Source of the DNA: an uncultured delta proteobacterium | GTDB lineage: Bacteria; Desulfobacterota; Binatia; UBA9968 | NCBI GenBank assembly: GCA_963771465.1 | Contig: CAVYTU010000015.1 | Coordinates: forward strand, 1 to 64,000 | Direction: 5' to 3' | DNA: 64,000 nt | In this document: positions 61,287 to 64,000 of the stretch, piece by piece | How positions within the stretch are numbered: the stretch's first letter is position 1 | Layout of the letters: each line of letters opens with the position of its first letter | Notes under the pieces: generated by a model | Database searches by the model: none | What the model was told of the DNA's origin: nothing | What the model saw: the letters and a program-made list of their open reading frames with translations, nothing else | Made by a program: the position numbers and the translations under genes

Positions 61287-62978
61287 ATGAGCAAACGGTT
61301 TGATCCCTTCACCGTCGCTCTTACCGGTCAATTATCGATTATCCTGATCGTCTCGACGATTCTCGCATTCGTCGCATCCTATCTATTGCTGCGCCTCTAT
61401 CGACGCGCCGTCATCAAGTCGATGCGGCGGCGCAGTCGCAGCGATATCCTTGAGACCCACGGATTCATCGCGCCCGAACTCGAACACCGACCGCACGACG
61501 GCGCGTTAAACTTTGGCTTCATCACACGCGATTCAAGCTACGGCGACGAGCGTAGCGCGAAACTTTACCGCGACGCCGCACGCAGCATCAGGCTGACGGC
61601 GCTCGTTCACATCATTGCCGGCTCGGTCTTCGCCGCCACCATGACTACGGCGTTTCTTTACGCCGGCAATCTGAAGTTCTTGCCGTTTCGATTCCTATAT
61701 TTTACTTGGGTCAACGCCTGGCCGGTGGTAATCGCGGTCCATCTGGCCATTGGGCTGTCGCGCCGCGGCAGGCTGATCGCCGCAGCCATTTACTTTCTCG
61801 TCGGTATACTCATCGCCAGCATCTCAATGATCAAAAGCCCTGGCTTGACGTTGGGCCAGCTAGTTTATTTGTGGCTCGACCCCAACGTGCCGCCCACGCT
61901 GCTGCTGGTCATTTTTTTGAACCGCCGCATTCGCGCCATCGGCCCCTTAGTTTTGGTGTTTATGCTTTTTGGCGTGGCCGGCGCTAGTCTAGCGGTAACC
62001 TTGACCGGCAATAGTCCGACGCTGCTGAAAGCGCTCGCCGACGCCAGTTCAGCCATCGGCCTCCGTGCAACCAGCGCGGTGTCTCTACTTCATCTACTGG
62101 GCTTCGCCGTTTTCGCCGTTGTCGGCTGGTTGATACTCAGCACGCTGCGCAGGCTTTACATTGCTAAGTCGATCAGCGAGCAGTCGCTGATAATCGATGC
62201 GGTTTGGCTTGTGTTTGGCATCGTCAATTCCATCGGTTTAGTTTTCGAAGGACGCTGGTGGCTACTTAGCGGCCTGGTCGCCTTCGCGCTCTACAAACTC
62301 ACCGCCATCACCGCGTTCCGCGCTGTCGGACTAGCGCGGCGCGCCCAATTGAACGGTCCGCGTTTGCTCTTGCTCCGGGTCTTCGCTCTCGGCAAACGCA
62401 GCGAAGCCCTTTTCGACAGTCTCGGCAAATCATGGCGCACCGTCGGCAGCATGCAGATGATCGCTGGACCGGATTTGACGACGAGCGCCATCGAGCCGCA
62501 CGAGTTTATCGAATTTATCGGCGGCCGATTGGCGCGCCATTTCATCGACACCGGGCGAACCTTAGACCTGCGGATGAGCCAGATGGATTTGGCAGCGGAT
62601 TGTGAAGGTCAGTATCGCGTCAGCGAATTTTTCTGCCACGACGACACCTGGAAAATGACTCTGGCGAGATTGGCGGACGAAAGCGACGCGGTGCTCATGG
62701 ACTTGCGCGGCTTCTCGCCGGCCCATACCGGCTGCGTCTTCGAGGTTCACGAAATTTTTAATGTCGTGCCGTTGCCGCGCGTGGTCTTCGCCATCGATCA
62801 AAGCACCGATCAGACATTTCTGCGTCAAACCATGCAAAACGCCTGGCGCCAACTGAAGGACCGTTCGCCCAATCATCGGCTGGCGGAGGGACAAGTTGCG
62901 CTGGTCGAGCTTTCAGCAATGAGCGCCGCGACGGTTGATAATCTGCTTTACGCGCTCTGCGCGGCAGCGTCCACATGA
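61287..62978 (+). CDS. Multi-pass membrane protein with C-terminal TIR/nucleoside-deoxyribosyltransferase-like domain
   Basis: About 10 TM helices, then LLLLRVF...DDTWK...SDAVLMDLRGFS...GCVFEV. Confidence 0.65.
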   Translation: MSKRFDPFTVALTGQLSIILIVSTILAFVASYLLLRLYRRAVIKSMRRRSRSDILETHGFIAPELEHRPHDGALNFGFITRDSSYGDERSAKLYRDAARSIRLTALVHIIAGSVFAATMTTAFLYAGNLKFLPFRFLYFTWVNAWPVVIAVHLAIGLSRRGRLIAAAIYFLVGILIASISMIKSPGLTLGQLVYLWLDPNVPPTLLLVIFLNRRIRAIGPLVLVFMLFGVAGASLAVTLTGNSPTLLKALADASSAIGLRATSAVSLLHLLGFAVFAVVGWLILSTLRRLYIAKSISEQSLIIDAVWLVFGIVNSIGLVFEGRWWLLSGLVAFALYKLTAITAFRAVGLARRAQLNGPRLLLLRVFALGKRSEALFDSLGKSWRTVGSMQMIAGPDLTTSAIEPHEFIEFIGGRLARHFIDTGRTLDLRMSQMDLAADCEGQYRVSEFFCHDDTWKMTLARLADESDAVLMDLRGFSPAHTGCVFEVHEIFNVVPLPRVVFAIDQSTDQTFLRQTMQNAWRQLKDRSPNHRLAEGQVALVELSAMSAATVDNLLYALCAAAST

Positions 62979-63043
62979 GAAAGGAATAAATGAGCTGGGA
63001 AACGCGCGCACGCCGCACCCTTCACTCCTAAGTTTTTGATCGG

Positions 63044-63994
63044 CTAGTGCCGGTTATGTCCAAAGGTCTTGTCGTAGTCACGCTGCAATTCTTTGGGAAT
63101 GAAATCGTCTTCAATTTGGATAATTTTGTTGGCCGGCAAAATCGGATCCTGAGTACGCGGTACCATGCCGTACTGGCTTGCCGTCGCCTTCTTGTTCCAT
63201 TCGTCGAGCACCACTGGGCCGCGTTCTTTCAATTCATGCAGCACTTCCCATGTCGATTGCAGACCGTTGGCCGTGGTTAGACTCGGATACAACACCGCGG
63301 CGGCACCAAGCTTTTGGAACTCGGCAAAATCCGGCGATGGCTTTGGGCCGTAATACGGCGCGATCACCGGCGCCGGGATGCGCCGGCACGCTTCGGCGAT
63401 TTGGTCGCGCTCGGTGAGAGTATTCATCCACACCGCGTCGACCCCGGCTTCTTTGACGTAGGCGATGCCGCGCTGTACCGCAGTTTCGAAGTTGCCGCCT
63501 TCCGAGCCGATGGCGTCGCAACGCGCGCACACGACAAAATCTTGATCCAAATCTTTTTTCGCCGCCATGGCCGCACGATATTTGCCGATCGCTTCTTCGA
63601 CGGAAATCAATCGCCGTCCCGCTTGGGTGCCGGACTTCTTCGGCGCCTCTTGATCCTCGATGTGCAGGCCCGCCGCGCCGGCGCGAATATAGGCTTGCAC
63701 CGTGTAGTAAACATTGACCGCGTTACCGTATCCGGTGTCGGCATCAGCAAAGACCGGAATGTCGGTGACATTGGTGATGCGCCGCACGCATTCGACCATT
63801 TCATTCAAACCGAGCAGACCGACATCGGGATAGCCAAAGACATACGCCGCCACTTGCGAGCCGGACATGAAGAAAGCCTCGTAGCCGAGTATCTCCGACA
63901 TGCGCGCATGGAGCGGACTGAAGCCGCCCGACATAACGAGCAACTCGGGCCGTTTCAATTGTTGCAGTAAACGCGTAGTGGGTTTGGATTCCAT
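63044..63994 (-). CDS. Isocitrate lyase/PEP mutase superfamily enzyme
   Basis: FMSGS, PVFADADTGYG, LHIEDQ, ARCDA. Confidence 0.9.
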   Translation of the reverse strand: MESKPTTRLLQQLKRPELLVMSGGFSPLHARMSEILGYEAFFMSGSQVAAYVFGYPDVGLLGLNEMVECVRRITNVTDIPVFADADTGYGNAVNVYYTVQAYIRAGAAGLHIEDQEAPKKSGTQAGRRLISVEEAIGKYRAAMAAKKDLDQDFVVCARCDAIGSEGGNFETAVQRGIAYVKEAGVDAVWMNTLTERDQIAEACRRIPAPVIAPYYGPKPSPDFAEFQKLGAAAVLYPSLTTANGLQSTWEVLHELKERGPVVLDEWNKKATASQYGMVPRTQDPILPANKIIQIEDDFIPKELQRDYDKTFGHNRH

Positions 63995-64000
63995 AATGGC

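Overview
GC-rich bacterial chromosomal segment with no rRNA, tRNA, CRISPR array, transposase or phage genes. The paralog-rich repertoire (many solute-binding proteins, bicupins, Rieske oxygenases, UbiD) suggests a Candidatus Binatia/Deltaproteobacteria-like soil organism; this is inference only. Positions 1-23 kb are one minus-strand gene run: a phthalate-4,5-dioxygenase-like catabolic set (2 Rieske oxygenases, a cis-dihydrodiol dehydrogenase, a UbiD decarboxylase, 3 bicupins, 1 cupin) mixed with 10 binding-protein-fold genes and one ABC permease. Next come a sulfotransferase, a 3-subunit xanthine-dehydrogenase-family Mo-hydroxylase, a TTT transporter, a methyltransferase, ettA, a dipeptidase/LLM/amidohydrolase group, two MFS paralogs, an HhH-repeat protein, a 7-gene MoxR-DUF58-RDD-SpoIIM-DUF4350-DUF4129 operon, an RCK K+ channel, pssA, more binding proteins, RidA, VOC, a multi-TM protein with a TIR-like C-terminus and an ICL/PEP-mutase-family enzyme. 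Many genes have single-base frameshifts that look like long-read errors. The main unexplained structure is non-coding: short-period (7/8/9-nt) palindromic elements sit just after stop codons at most junctions of the 23-kb run, and there are two dispersed repeat families (a 174-bp MITE-like element and a ~160-bp AT-rich palindrome). Several periplasmic-binding-fold proteins lack signal peptides and may be cytoplasmic enzymes.
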